Shown: positions 27,712 to 37,334 of the stretch, piece after piece
How positions within the stretch are numbered: the stretch's first letter is position 1
How the letters are laid out: the number at the start of each line of letters is the position of its first letter
Virus record (IMG/VR): IMGVR_UViG_3300044641_009805
Span: 1 to 64,000 of that record
DNA length: 64,000 nucleotides
Reading direction: 5' to 3' (one strand)
Program-made: the position numbers and the translations under genes
The notes under the pieces: generated by a model
Databases searched by the model: none
Seen by the model: the letters and a program-made list of their open reading frames with translations, nothing else
Told to the model about the DNA's origin: nothing

Positions 27712-29022
27712 TCAAATCTCCCAAGTTTCATCTTCAATAACCGTGAAAAACTTCACATCGCTACCCCATAGGGTCTTGACATGTTCCACGACCTTATTGG
27801 CATGACTTAATTCTAGATCTCGACCATCATGCTCATGTTTGATGATCAATGTGCCATCTCTCTTTACGTCGTCCACAAAGACAGCTGGAATTGATCCACC
27901 TGCCACTTGGTTGACAAGATCTTTCTTAACCTCTTCCCAGCCTAAATCATCTGAAACCTCATCGACAGTGACACCTTCATGACGTTTTGATGAGTACGTG
28001 AAGAGATTGAGATCCACACAGTCCTCCTCCGTGAGATATTGACGGAGGAAAGAAGCATCATGGCATGTCTCCCTTGCGATGAAACACTCTTCAATGCCAT
28101 GTCTCTCCTTGATCTTCTGGAAGAGATGGAAACCTAAGTGATAAGGATTTATCGCGCCCACATGAGGTCGAACCACTTGGTTGTGCATTTTGATAAAAGG
28201 TAAATGCATACCATCAGGCAGATCTAATTCATGACACATGGTGTAGTGCCAGTAGGAAGCCCAACCTTCATTCATCACCTTCGTTTGAATTTGTGGCCAG
28301 AAGTACTGACCTTCATCACGACAGACGTCAATTATATCACGCTTCCAGTCAGGCATCTTACCGTGCTCTGATATGAAGCCTAATAAATCGTAGTCAGGTT
28401 CTAAGGGAATTCTATTGATGTCAAAGAACTTATATTCATTTTTCTTGTCGTTGTTCATCAGCTCAACGTATTCCGCCTTGAGCTCCGCATGTGTTCTGCG
28501 AATTTGCCCATACTTCGTCGTCTGGAACTGTATTGCATGACAGGCATCTATCACCTCTTCCACATTTTCCACACCAATGTTGGGATTCTCAATGTAAGAC
28601 TGGATTCTCTTCTTCGCTGCTCTGAACCGAGGCACGACTGTCTCAGGACGTGTGGCCTTGAACATCCTGTTGTTCTTAAAGAAATCGCTATGTCCAACGC
28701 AATGCGCCATGATGAGGATCTGCAGGTATAGTGGATTCTCACGCATGAGGTAAGCGATCGACGGATCACTGTTGATGATTAATTCATACGGCAAACCTTC
28801 CATACCTAGGTTATAACGGTGGAAGGTTTGTTCGAACGTTTTGCCGTAAGACCAATGATCGAAGTGTGTAGGAAGACCATGATAGGCCATGGCACCGATC
28901 ATTGAGTAATAATCGAGGGTTTCATAGGCAATCTCAAACCAATCGAGATTGTGACCCTTGGCCAACTTGCAGATTTTATCATCCCATTCTGCCAATGTAT
29001 CTAATGTGTAATCCATTTTCAT
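27712..29022 (-). CDS. spoVR: SpoVR/YcgB family protein
   Basis: HWSYGK, YELIINSDP, AHCVGHSDFFKNN, TKVMNEGWASYWH, NPYHLG. Confidence 0.93.
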   Translation of the reverse strand: MKMDYTLDTLAEWDDKICKLAKGHNLDWFEIAYETLDYYSMIGAMAYHGLPTHFDHWSYGKTFEQTFHRYNLGMEGLPYELIINSDPSIAYLMRENPLYLQILIMAHCVGHSDFFKNNRMFKATRPETVVPRFRAAKKRIQSYIENPNIGVENVEEVIDACHAIQFQTTKYGQIRRTHAELKAEYVELMNNDKKNEYKFFDINRIPLEPDYDLLGFISEHGKMPDWKRDIIDVCRDEGQYFWPQIQTKVMNEGWASYWHYTMCHELDLPDGMHLPFIKMHNQVVRPHVGAINPYHLGFHLFQKIKERHGIEECFIARETCHDASFLRQYLTEEDCVDLNLFTYSSKRHEGVTVDEVSDDLGWEEVKKDLVNQVAGGSIPAVFVDDVKRDGTLIIKHEHDGRDLELSHANKVVEHVKTLWGSDVKFFTVIEDETWEI

Positions 29023-30191
29023 CCTTTGGTCAAAGACACGCCTGTACCACCCATCAATGTTCTAAAAGCAGGCCATACGTCTGCCTTCTCTACCACTCTA
29101 ACGGTCTTTAATTTTGGTCCGACGAGAGGTTGCATCGTTGTATGGAGCTTGTCTTGATTGTAATACCTTTCAGGTTCAATCTCGCAGTAACCGTACAGCT
29201 GACAGATGTCTTTTAGCTCACGTGCGAGATTTATGAACTTTTCATTATCAGATGAGAAGTTATCGCCATCGGACGCCTGAAACGTGTAGATGTTCCACGA
29301 TGATGGATGAAATCGTTTATCTATCTCTTGTAACGTCAGCTCCAAAGCGCTGGATGCAATCGTTCCTCCGCTGGTCGCTTCCGTGAAGAATTCTTTCTCT
29401 TCGACCACCCTCGCCTCAGTGTCATGCGTGATGAAAACGACCTCGACCGTTTCGTACTTGGACCTGATGAACTGGTAGAGTAAAAAGAAGAAAGATCTTG
29501 CCAGGAACTTCTTGTCTTGCGTCATAGACCCGCTGACGTCCATCAAGAAGAATATGACTGCGTTGGTGCAAGGTTTCGGTGTGACCTTGAAGTGTCTGTA
29601 CCGCAGATCGTCTTCGTGGAAAGAGAAGGTTTCTCCTTCTTCGGCTTTTTCAGGGTCAAATCCAGCCGCCTTCATTCTCTTGATTCGAGCGATTGCAGAC
29701 TTCTTCTTGTCCAAGCGTGGAAGAATACCGTCAGTACGATACCCATTTCTCTTTAATTTATCAGCTGATATGTTCGACAGTTGACGTCTCTGCAACTCAG
29801 GAAGCTGTAGTTCAGCGAAGAGATACTCTGCGAGTTCTTCCAACGTGATCTCAACGTCGTAATATTCTTCTCCTTTTTGATCACTGGCCTTCTGCGGTTT
29901 TCCTTGACCTTGCTGTTGTCCCTCACCGATTTTTTGGCCTCGTTTGACATCCTTACCAGGAGCCGATCCAACCTGCTTATTGCCGTTGTTGTCGCCGTAG
30001 ACAAACTTGTATTCCTTAATTCCTCTAACAGGAACTCTGAACTTTTTCTTGCCATCTTGACCTATGATGCTCTCATCAGCGACAATATGATGAATACCAT
30101 CTCGAATTGCCTTCTCGATTTTCTGTTTGTGACGACGTCGATCGGAGGCGGATCGATCAGCGATTGTCTTATGTTCCTTAAAGATCGACAT
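29019..30191 (-). CDS. yeaH: YeaH/YhbH (DUF444) vWA-like protein
   Basis: DRRRH, DDLRYR, AVIFFLMDVSGSM, SGGTIASSA, WNIYTFQASDGDN. Confidence 0.92.
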   Translation of the reverse strand: MSIFKEHKTIADRSASDRRRHKQKIEKAIRDGIHHIVADESIIGQDGKKKFRVPVRGIKEYKFVYGDNNGNKQVGSAPGKDVKRGQKIGEGQQQGQGKPQKASDQKGEEYYDVEITLEELAEYLFAELQLPELQRRQLSNISADKLKRNGYRTDGILPRLDKKKSAIARIKRMKAAGFDPEKAEEGETFSFHEDDLRYRHFKVTPKPCTNAVIFFLMDVSGSMTQDKKFLARSFFFLLYQFIRSKYETVEVVFITHDTEARVVEEKEFFTEATSGGTIASSALELTLQEIDKRFHPSSWNIYTFQASDGDNFSSDNEKFINLARELKDICQLYGYCEIEPERYYNQDKLHTTMQPLVGPKLKTVRVVEKADVWPAFRTLMGGTGVSLTKG

Positions 30192-30224
30192 AGTTTTTAT
30201 TATACTTCATTCTGAGGTTTATTT

Positions 30225-30896
30225 TTAACCCAAACGTTCTTTTTCGAATCTTTCCACACCAGCTCTAGATATTCGTGCTAACAACGAATCGACATCGACG
30301 TCTTTGTCACTAAGACGTTCAATAAAACTATCATGATTGGATAGAAGTTTTTGAAAGATAGAATTCTCATTTCCCTTCGGGAAATATGCATTATCAAGCA
30401 CGGGATCTCCTACCCACCGTCCTGTAATTTTATCAAGATTCCAATTTCTAACTCTACAGTCATCGGAATCATCTTTAGGAGTGGCTTTCTTGTCATCATC
30501 TGCGTAAAAATTATCAAGAGCCGCTTTTTTGCGGGATCCCTGTTTGCTCCATCCTCTCACGGCATCGTCAGTAAGCGAATTTCTGTCAGGTATGAGTGGA
30601 CCTCCAACAGCAGCAAACATCGCTGGGTATAAAATCCCACCATACCCTCGTCCCCCGGCCATTTTAATTTCCCATGCGCCTGCGCAACGTTGTTTAGGCT
30701 TTTGTGCGGCAATGTATCCGACGACCCCTTGTGAGACATCGTCCAAATTCTTTTGAACCTGAGATGGATAATATAAGGTGATAGCCTTCATACCCCAATC
30801 GCTGGCGTCTTCATAGAATCCTGCTAGCTCTTCCGTGGGAGAACTAACTTCCATTAAAACTTGTCTGATGAATCTTCTAAGCTGCGTTTCTGACAT
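30225..30896 (-). CDS. LRxxIRE-leader protein, GNAT-like paralog 1
   Basis: LRRFIRQVLME; VVGYI..C.GAW..GRGYGGILY..PDR..DDC. Confidence 0.6.
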   Translation of the reverse strand: MSETQLRRFIRQVLMEVSSPTEELAGFYEDASDWGMKAITLYYPSQVQKNLDDVSQGVVGYIAAQKPKQRCAGAWEIKMAGGRGYGGILYPAMFAAVGGPLIPDRNSLTDDAVRGWSKQGSRKKAALDNFYADDDKKATPKDDSDDCRVRNWNLDKITGRWVGDPVLDNAYFPKGNENSIFQKLLSNHDSFIERLSDKDVDVDSLLARISRAGVERFEKERLG

Positions 30897-30973
30897 CCAA
30901 GTGTAAATATACAGGCTGCCATGTTAATCTTTCGAAAGTAAGCACAAAAAACGCTTATAAGAGGGTTACTCAA

Positions 30974-31801
30974 ATTCCTGAAGGTCCCGAGCTTCGTCAT
31001 TCAAGAGATCTTTTAAGAGAGATTTTGCTCAACAAACGCATCAAAAAGTTCGACCTCGTCGGCGGACGATACACCAAGAAACCCATCGAGGGATTGCACG
31101 AATTTCTGCGAGATAACGAGAAGAATTCTTACGTTGTCGAATCCGTCGACGTCAAAGGCAAGTTCATGTGGTGGACGATGGGTCCCTGGAAAATGTGGTG
31201 CACATATGGTATGTCAGGTCAATGGACAACCACACCGCCAGATAGAAACACCGCCGTGATACTCTCGTATGGTGAAGATTCAAAGAGCATCGGGTTTCAC
31301 GACGTTCGTAGGTTCGGTACACTAAAATTCGTCAAAGATGAAGGAGTGCACAGAAAGAAATTGGAAAGTCTCGGTCCTGATGTTCTTGGAGATGACGAAT
31401 TGACACCAGAAATATTCACAAAAAGAACGCTGGGTAAACCCAATAGGACAATCTGCGAGGCCCTCATGGATCAATCTACGGTGGCTGGGATTGGCAACTA
31501 TCTACGTGCAGAGATTCTGTTCGCCTGCGGTGTTGATCCATGGTGTAACGTGACTGACATATCTTCTCAAGAGTACATAAGGTTATGTGAGGAATCCGCG
31601 AAGATTTCTCGTCAGTCCTATTTGTCTCAAGGAGCCTCTATCAAGACCTACAGGGACGTGAATGGATTAACGGGAACATCTCAATTTTTCTTCAAGGTGT
31701 ACGCTAGATCACGATGTCCCAAGGGTCATGAGATCCGCAGCGAACGTGACAACGGAGGAAGGATGGTCCACTGGTGTCCACAATGTCAGCCACCACGGTG
31801 A
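30974..31801 (+). CDS. mutM: Fpg/Nei family DNA glycosylase/AP lyase (ATT start)
   Basis: In-frame (M)PEGPELR upstream of the track start; KGK, GMSG, DVRRFG, LMDQ..AGIGNYL..E (H2TH), C-terminal Zn finger. Confidence 0.9.
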   Translation: MPEGPELRHSRDLLREILLNKRIKKFDLVGGRYTKKPIEGLHEFLRDNEKNSYVVESVDVKGKFMWWTMGPWKMWCTYGMSGQWTTTPPDRNTAVILSYGEDSKSIGFHDVRRFGTLKFVKDEGVHRKKLESLGPDVLGDDELTPEIFTKRTLGKPNRTICEALMDQSTVAGIGNYLRAEILFACGVDPWCNVTDISSQEYIRLCEESAKISRQSYLSQGASIKTYRDVNGLTGTSQFFFKVYARSRCPKGHEIRSERDNGGRMVHWCPQCQPPR

Positions 31802-31833
31802 AAAGTCATCATCCATCATGTTATGATGGATCC

Positions 31834-32172
31834 ATGCTAAGAGAATGCGTGGAGTGTAGTTGCATGTTCGATACAAATTCGCCTGCAAAGATTCGTGCCG
31901 GTGGCCGAGTCAACACGTGCCCGGAATGTTCGGTAGAATCTACGGTGAAATACCTGGGATTGGCCAATGGCGACGGCAAACAGGCTTCTGTCACCGTTCT
32001 TGCTTTTGACTCTACTGCTGATCGCGAAAAGTACTCATCATTTTACAGGAACAACGCAGGATACCATAAGGGCAAGAGCTGTCAATTAGGATCTCATCTG
32101 TCCACTGATCCAGGCGTAAGATTTAAGACGATCACTCAATCTTCGGCAACTAATCACAAGGGAAGAATGTAA
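31834..32172 (+). CDS. Zn-ribbon hypothetical protein
   Basis: CVEC..CPEC; start set by the 36-nt promoter at 31798. Confidence 0.6.
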   Translation: MLRECVECSCMFDTNSPAKIRAGGRVNTCPECSVESTVKYLGLANGDGKQASVTVLAFDSTADREKYSSFYRNNAGYHKGKSCQLGSHLSTDPGVRFKTITQSSATNHKGRM

Positions 32173-32402
32173 TGACTTTAAAGGCAGCTGTATCACTTGC
32201 TTTTTTGACAGCTTTGGCATTCGTTGGTTTCAAATCGTTCTCAAATCCAGATTCAGCGATGATAGGTATGACCATCATTTGTTACGGGTGGGTAGCTACG
32301 CAAATAATCGCTGAAGGATTTGTTGCGATTATTTGGCTTGCTTTTAAACGAATCATCGAAAAAACGTTGGATCAAAATTCTGACGATCATGACGAAAGCT
32401 GA
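32172..32402 (+). CDS. small membrane protein
   Basis: Two hydrophobic segments. Confidence 0.55.
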   Translation: MTLKAAVSLAFLTALAFVGFKSFSNPDSAMIGMTIICYGWVATQIIAEGFVAIIWLAFKRIIEKTLDQNSDDHDES

Positions 32403-32419
32403 TAATTATTGATAAGAAA

Positions 32420-32704
32420 ATGATGAGCGCAGCTGAAACCAGCGAGCCTGACGAAATTCTTCAAGATTTACGGAAAATCAGCATGCCGTGTCATCTTCCT
32501 CAGAATAAACCTATCATTGGTGATATAGTTCGCTGGATTTACGAATGGGTTGAAGATCCTCTATACGGGTCTCTTTACATCGTCGCTGGATTTCATGCTG
32601 AAGTCCAAGACATCGCCGTCGTTAGAGTCTTGAATAATCCCTTTGAAGTTCGAGAATTTCACGTGTCTCAATTAGAAACTGTTTCTAACAAATCTACGTC
32701 TTAA
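32420..32704 (+). CDS. SH3-like hypothetical protein
   Basis: IGDIVRW...LETV. Confidence 0.5.
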   Translation: MMSAAETSEPDEILQDLRKISMPCHLPQNKPIIGDIVRWIYEWVEDPLYGSLYIVAGFHAEVQDIAVVRVLNNPFEVREFHVSQLETVSNKSTS

Positions 32705-32764
32705 GCCCCAGAGTCGCCACAAATATTCCGATTCCTATGAGAAGGAACAAGACGCCTACCAACA

Positions 32765-33181
32765 TCACTTTTCTTTCATAATTTCTTTTATAAATTCTCT
32801 AACGATCGATTCGCCGATGTCAAGAGTCTTTGGGTAACCTTTTTCGCCTGGTCGCTTTGGTCGCTTTCCAGCTTTTCGACGCGCGTGAATATTAGCCCAT
32901 AATCCTTTCTTCTTCTTACGACCTTCAAGAACTTCGCCTGGTACTTCTGGAGATTCTTCGTGAGATTCATACTCGATATAAGCAAAAGCGTCGTTTAAAT
33001 CATTGTACGCTCTCGTGATCTTGTATTGTATCCAACCTGGTATTTCGTCATTCTCACCTATGACATCCAACATCATGTTCGACATCTCCACTATTCTGTG
33101 AAGTTGTGCGACAGCCATGTACCCTTCGTGATCTTCCTCTCCTTCATTCCAGTCTCTGCCAACGCTTTCGTCATTCATCAT
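32765..33181 (-). CDS. hypothetical (putative internal virion) protein
   Basis: HEGYMA..IPGWIQYKI; basic KKGLWANIHARRK..GEKGYP; C-terminal VREFIKE. Confidence 0.6.
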   Translation of the reverse strand: MMNDESVGRDWNEGEEDHEGYMAVAQLHRIVEMSNMMLDVIGENDEIPGWIQYKITRAYNDLNDAFAYIEYESHEESPEVPGEVLEGRKKKKGLWANIHARRKAGKRPKRPGEKGYPKTLDIGESIVREFIKEIMKEK

Positions 33182-33242
33182 GACAATATGTATTCAAATA
33201 TTTGTAAATATGATATGCTGAATCCATATATAGTCTTTGCGT

Positions 33243-33422
33243 ATGAAGCTAAGATTGTCTGAACTCCGAAGAGTCATTAGAGAAATAATCGAAGAGGAAA
33301 CGTGGATGCCAGGACGTTGGATGGGATTCGTGAACGATCCTTTGGATGTAGAAGAGTTAGAGATGCTTGGTTCTCAAGGTTATATTGAGGAAGATCTCGA
33401 AGATGAGAACGATCAAAATTAG
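33243..33422 (+). CDS. LRxxIRE-leader small protein
   Basis: MKLRLSELRRVIREIIEE. Confidence 0.65.
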   Translation: MKLRLSELRRVIREIIEEETWMPGRWMGFVNDPLDVEELEMLGSQGYIEEDLEDENDQN

Positions 33423-33708
33423 CCTCAAAGAGTTACGTAAAATCATCAGGAAGCATCTGCAAGAGGGCCCATCTGGTCCTGGAGTCACGGCCGACCCCAC
33501 TGAAAAATCTGGGTTTTATCCCTATGAGATTGAACGAGGCGTGGACATCCAAGGATATTGGTACAGATCTCCAGGAAGAGCGCAAGGATCTGATGGGGAC
33601 CCAAGCCGTCCCGCCGACGCTGCAGAGTATATAGGTTTTAAAACTAAGGGAGCTACGCCTGCAGACGCAGCAGCAGAAGCCGCCCCTAAAGAGGAAACCA
33701 AAGAATAG
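33403..33708 (+). CDS. LRxxIRE-leader protein
   Basis: IKISLKELRKIIRKHLQE. Confidence 0.65.
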   Translation: MRTIKISLKELRKIIRKHLQEGPSGPGVTADPTEKSGFYPYEIERGVDIQGYWYRSPGRAQGSDGDPSRPADAAEYIGFKTKGATPADAAAEAAPKEETKE

Positions 33709-33760
33709 ATTATAAGAAGCTCGTATATACTTATCGTAAATTTGTAGAAAGTTTATTTAC

Positions 33761-34159
33761 ATGCAGGTCACCATAAGCATTTTAAGAGAGATCATAAGTG
33801 AAGCTTTCATGTTGATGGAAGCAGGGGTATTCGATGAGTACGAGCTCAACGTTGAACAAATCGACATGTTGACAGAAGCTGAGTATCGAGGTCGTGATGT
33901 TCAACTCGGCAAACCCATGAAAGGTGACGTAAAAAAATACAAGGTCTACGTCAAAGATAAGAGGACGGGAAATGTGAAGAAAGTCAACTTCGGGGATCCT
34001 AACATGGAAATTCGACGTGACAATCCGAAAGCTCGTAAGTCTTTTAGGGCCCGTCACGGATGTGGTACAAAAAGGGCTTCAGATAGGACAAAAGCAGCCT
34101 ACTGGAGCTGCCGCCTATGGTCTAGAAAACCAGTTTCTCAAATTTTGAGAGGAAAATGA
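33761..34159 (+). CDS. conserved basic phage protein with LRxxIRE-type leader
   Basis: ILREIISE; EAEYRGR..KYKVYV..VNFGDPNM..RKSFRARHGC..AYWSCRLW. Confidence 0.7.
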   Translation: MQVTISILREIISEAFMLMEAGVFDEYELNVEQIDMLTEAEYRGRDVQLGKPMKGDVKKYKVYVKDKRTGNVKKVNFGDPNMEIRRDNPKARKSFRARHGCGTKRASDRTKAAYWSCRLWSRKPVSQILRGK

Positions 34160-34243
34160 TTGTCTGAATACATTGTAAACAATGCTTGAATGTGATATAT
34201 TCTTTGTATCAACCGTACTTTCGGTTGACAAGGTTAAAGAAAA

Positions 34244-34468
34244 ATGATCAAGAATACTATCGCATTGTTTATCGTCGCCGCCGTCGCTCTCGCTGCTTGC
34301 GGCGATGATTCAGGTTCGACTGGTACCGGCGCCGGTGGAGCCGGTGGTGCTGGTCAAGGTGGTGCAGTTACTTCGACGGGTGGAGCACCTGGAACTGGTG
34401 GCACGGGAGTTGGTGGTGGTGCAACAGGTGGGGCACCGGGTGTTGGTGGTGCCGGCGGCGGCGTTTGA
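34244..34468 (+). CDS. Gly-rich lipoprotein
   Basis: Lipobox LAAC followed by GDD and a Gly/Thr/Ala tail. Confidence 0.7.
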   Translation: MIKNTIALFIVAAVALAACGDDSGSTGTGAGGAGGAGQGGAVTSTGGAPGTGGTGVGGGATGGAPGVGGAGGGV

Positions 34469-34491
34469 AAAATAAAAAAGCATAAAGCTTT

Positions 34492-34523
34492 AACCGCAGG
34501 AGGGAATACTCCCTCCTGCGGTT
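34492..34523 (+). terminator. rho-independent terminator
   Basis: AACCGCAGGAGGGA-atac-TCCCTCCTGCGGTT + T-rich tail. Confidence 0.7.
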
Positions 34524-34544
34524 GTATTTATTTGTCGAAAATCT

Positions 34545-35087
34545 ATGAATCGAAAAGATGAAAAACTCCTTAGAGAATACATCAAAGAATCTCTGGGCAC
34601 TAGATCGTTGGTGCAGGAAGATATAATTACTGAACGCATAGTATATACTGCAGGAGATCTTAGACAAGCTCTACAGTTTATACAAAAGCATAAAAATATA
34701 GCGAAAGCTAAAGAAGCAGCAAAATCTGTTGGAAAAGCAACTGTTGTTGGGATAATTGGTGCGCTCGCTGGCGCGGCGAGCGCGCCAGCGTTAATTGCCG
34801 CGGCAGCGAAGATGGGGGCGATTGAAGCTGGCACGGCGGCATATGATGCTTACAAAGCTGCACAAGAATTAGACCCCGCAGAGAAAAAGAAAAATCCATT
34901 CTTCGACTACCTTTCCATCGATCCTGACACCACTGATATTGTGGACGATAAATTAGAAAATGAATTCGAAAAAGAGTTTCTAAGTCGACTTAGATATTAT
35001 GACGATGAAGATGAATTGCCCGATGCTGATAGAGCATTTACTTCATGGTTGAAAAATAAATTTAACCAGTCTCATGTCACGAAGTGA
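34545..35087 (+). CDS. LRxxIRE-leader protein with Ala/Gly hydrophobic hairpin
   Basis: LLREYIKESL; VVGIIGALAGAASAPALIAAAA. Confidence 0.6.
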   Translation: MNRKDEKLLREYIKESLGTRSLVQEDIITERIVYTAGDLRQALQFIQKHKNIAKAKEAAKSVGKATVVGIIGALAGAASAPALIAAAAKMGAIEAGTAAYDAYKAAQELDPAEKKKNPFFDYLSIDPDTTDIVDDKLENEFEKEFLSRLRYYDDEDELPDADRAFTSWLKNKFNQSHVTK

Positions 35088-35226
35088 GGACGTCAATATG
35101 TTATAGACGAAGATGTGATATTCGAAATAAGCTCACTTATAGTGGATGTGGAAAACATGCGGAACAAATCTTTGGAGGAAGTACCTAGCTTTGGCGGCGA
35201 GCCTTGATTTAAACTTAAAAACGAAT

Positions 35227-35256
35227 AAAAAGCTGTGGAGCTCCACAGCTTTTTTT
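35227..35256. terminator. bidirectional terminator
   Basis: AAAAAGCTGTGG-agct-CCACAGCTTTTTTT. Confidence 0.7.
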
Positions 35257-35279
35257 ATTTGCTTGAGATAAGTATTGAC

Positions 35280-35507
35280 GTGAATTCTGACGAAAAAGCA
35301 TTAAGAATTTTAATAAAAGAATTCGTGAAAGAATACTCTTCTCATGCGGGATCTCATCCGGAAGAGAGCTATCATGAAGATCTACTAGATGATCCTGCTT
35401 ATAAAGCAGACAGCGTTTACGTTCCCAATGACATAAAAGATAAAATAAACAAGTGGGCAGAAGACATGGGTCTGAAATCTAAGAAAAGTAAAAAGGAAAC
35501 TAAGTAA
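35280..35507 (+). CDS. LRxxIRE-leader small protein
   Basis: EKALRILIKEFVKE. Confidence 0.6.
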   Translation: MNSDEKALRILIKEFVKEYSSHAGSHPEESYHEDLLDDPAYKADSVYVPNDIKDKINKWAEDMGLKSKKSKKETK

Positions 35508-35848
35508 TGCAACAGAGTGAGAAGCGTTTGAGAAAACTCATTAGAGAGTTTCTAGAAGCAGCCAATTTAAATGAGATGTCCGCGAAAGGTCTCAAGAAGA
35601 CCAGCTTTGAAGAAATACAAAAGAAGTTTCCAAGGTTCGCCAAAATACTTCAGGCAAAATACAAACAACCTGAATTAGACGCAGCTTCATTTGCAGTCCA
35701 AGGTTCTGGAAGTATGTTTGGATTTGGAACAAATGTTCCAATGATGGTCACAAAAGGTTATGATGATCCTGTTGTCCTGTGGCAAGACGATTCGCTAAAA
35801 TACAATGGCAGCGAGACGTTGGCTGACGCAGTAAGAAATGCTCAGTAA
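35507..35848 (+). CDS. LRxxIRE-leader protein
   Basis: EKRLRKLIREFLE. Confidence 0.65.
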   Translation: MQQSEKRLRKLIREFLEAANLNEMSAKGLKKTSFEEIQKKFPRFAKILQAKYKQPELDAASFAVQGSGSMFGFGTNVPMMVTKGYDDPVVLWQDDSLKYNGSETLADAVRNAQ

Positions 35849-35911
35849 ACCCAGAAATTTAAAAGGTATCATCGAATGACAGGCTAATGATGGAATGGAA
35901 GAAAAGGTAAT

Positions 35912-36061
35912 ATGTGCTATAGAAGACGTTGCGATATTTGCAACAAACTGACATATGGAGGTTGCGGAAAACACGTTGAATATGTGCTTGCTGGTGTGCC
36001 ACAAGAAGACAGGTGCCAAGGGCATGGTATCGTTCAAAGTGATGAAGAAGATTCAGATTAA
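35912..36061 (+). CDS. 49-aa Cys/His-rich putative Zn-binding peptide (not in ORF track)
   Basis: MCYRRRCDICNKLTYGGCGKHVEYVLAGVPQEDRC. Confidence 0.6.
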   Translation: MCYRRRCDICNKLTYGGCGKHVEYVLAGVPQEDRCQGHGIVQSDEEDSD

Positions 36062-36378
36062 TAAGGTTCAGGGCAACCTAGATTTATGATGTTCTGTATT
36101 GGATCACAAAAAACCTGAATTTCTACCATATACTTCACACCATCTTTTTCAAGAATTAAATACGTGTCAACTGGACATGGTCCACCAAAGCTTTCGTCGT
36201 CGTGATCATCTTTCGTTACAGGTTCTGGTTTTTGATCATGATTTTTCGGAGGCTGAGAGATCTCGGTGGATTCTTCGTCGGCCATTTCTTCACTTTCTTC
36301 AAAAGAAGAATCGCTGCCGACACACCCAGATAAGGTCACGCAAAAAAAACATACCGCATTCAGGAAACGTAAGTTCAT
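36058..36378 (-). CDS. putative lipoprotein
   Basis: Lipobox-like LSGC; acidic linker; Cys-containing C-terminus. Confidence 0.55.
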   Translation of the reverse strand: MNLRFLNAVCFFCVTLSGCVGSDSSFEESEEMADEESTEISQPPKNHDQKPEPVTKDDHDDESFGGPCPVDTYLILEKDGVKYMVEIQVFCDPIQNIINLGCPEPY

Positions 36379-36455
36379 AATGAACCCCCTGCCGTATAAT
36401 AATAGTTATAGAAAAAACAAAGGTTTTTTAGATAATTTTATAAGATAGAGAACAA

Positions 36456-36827
36456 ATGCCATACAAGATACGTAAACAAAAATGTAAGCAGAGTGACGGA
36501 GATTCTGGCGGTTACGTGCTTTCTTATACTGATAAAAAAGGTAAAAAGCACAGGGCTTGTCATACATCTAAAAAGAAAGCCAGGGGTCAAATAGCTGCCA
36601 TAGAGGCTGAAGGTACAAAGATGAATAACGAAGATAGTCTTTTGGAGTTAAGAGCTTTTATTAGAGATGTTGTGAAAGAAGAACTGCATGCAGAGGGATC
36701 GCAAGAAGATTTAGACAAAGATGATGATGGTGACAAAGATTTTGCTGACATTTTGATATCTAGAATGATGGCAGGCGGGCTGTCAAAGAAAAAAGCAATC
36801 AAGAAGTCTAGAAAATACGACTCTTGA
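36456..36827 (+). CDS. hypothetical protein with internal LRxxIR motif and EF-hand-like loop
   Basis: MPYKIRK..CH.SKKKA; LRAFIRDVVKEE; DKDDDGDKDFAD. Confidence 0.6.
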   Translation: MPYKIRKQKCKQSDGDSGGYVLSYTDKKGKKHRACHTSKKKARGQIAAIEAEGTKMNNEDSLLELRAFIRDVVKEELHAEGSQEDLDKDDDGDKDFADILISRMMAGGLSKKKAIKKSRKYDS

Positions 36828-36962
36828 TCTTACTTCATTAATCTCTTACACGTTTAATCTAGCCAAGTTATTCACATTAAGTATTTTTTAACTTAGGTTG
36901 TGAATAAAATTTCACAACTACGGTAAATACACTCTCATAAAAGTGTTATAAACGTTCATAAG

Positions 36963-37295
36963 ATGAGCCGAACAATCAATAATTATAGTTTGATGAAGTT
37001 AGGTTCGAAAGAGCCGATGCAACGATATAACATGAAGACTAGAGGGAACTCAAATATTCCGATCAGCGAATGCACTGAGTTTACCATGCACGTTTCGCAG
37101 AAAACAGAATTTGCAAACTCTAAGAAAAAGCTCATTGATTACACTGAATATAAACTGATAAAGTACATTGAGAAAATTAAAGATAAACAACAAGAATTGA
37201 TCCTAAATGTAATGTTGGTCGATTATGTCAAGGGTCACATAGCTGTTGCTTGGAGAAAAGGACAACCTGTGTACGTAAATGTCACCAAGGGATAA
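36963..37295 (+). CDS. hypothetical protein
   Basis: ORF; start uncertain. Confidence 0.5.
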   Translation: MSRTINNYSLMKLGSKEPMQRYNMKTRGNSNIPISECTEFTMHVSQKTEFANSKKKLIDYTEYKLIKYIEKIKDKQQELILNVMLVDYVKGHIAVAWRKGQPVYVNVTKG

Positions 37296-37334
37296 AATCC
37301 TGTACAAATACTTAGGTGAGTTTACTATACTGGT

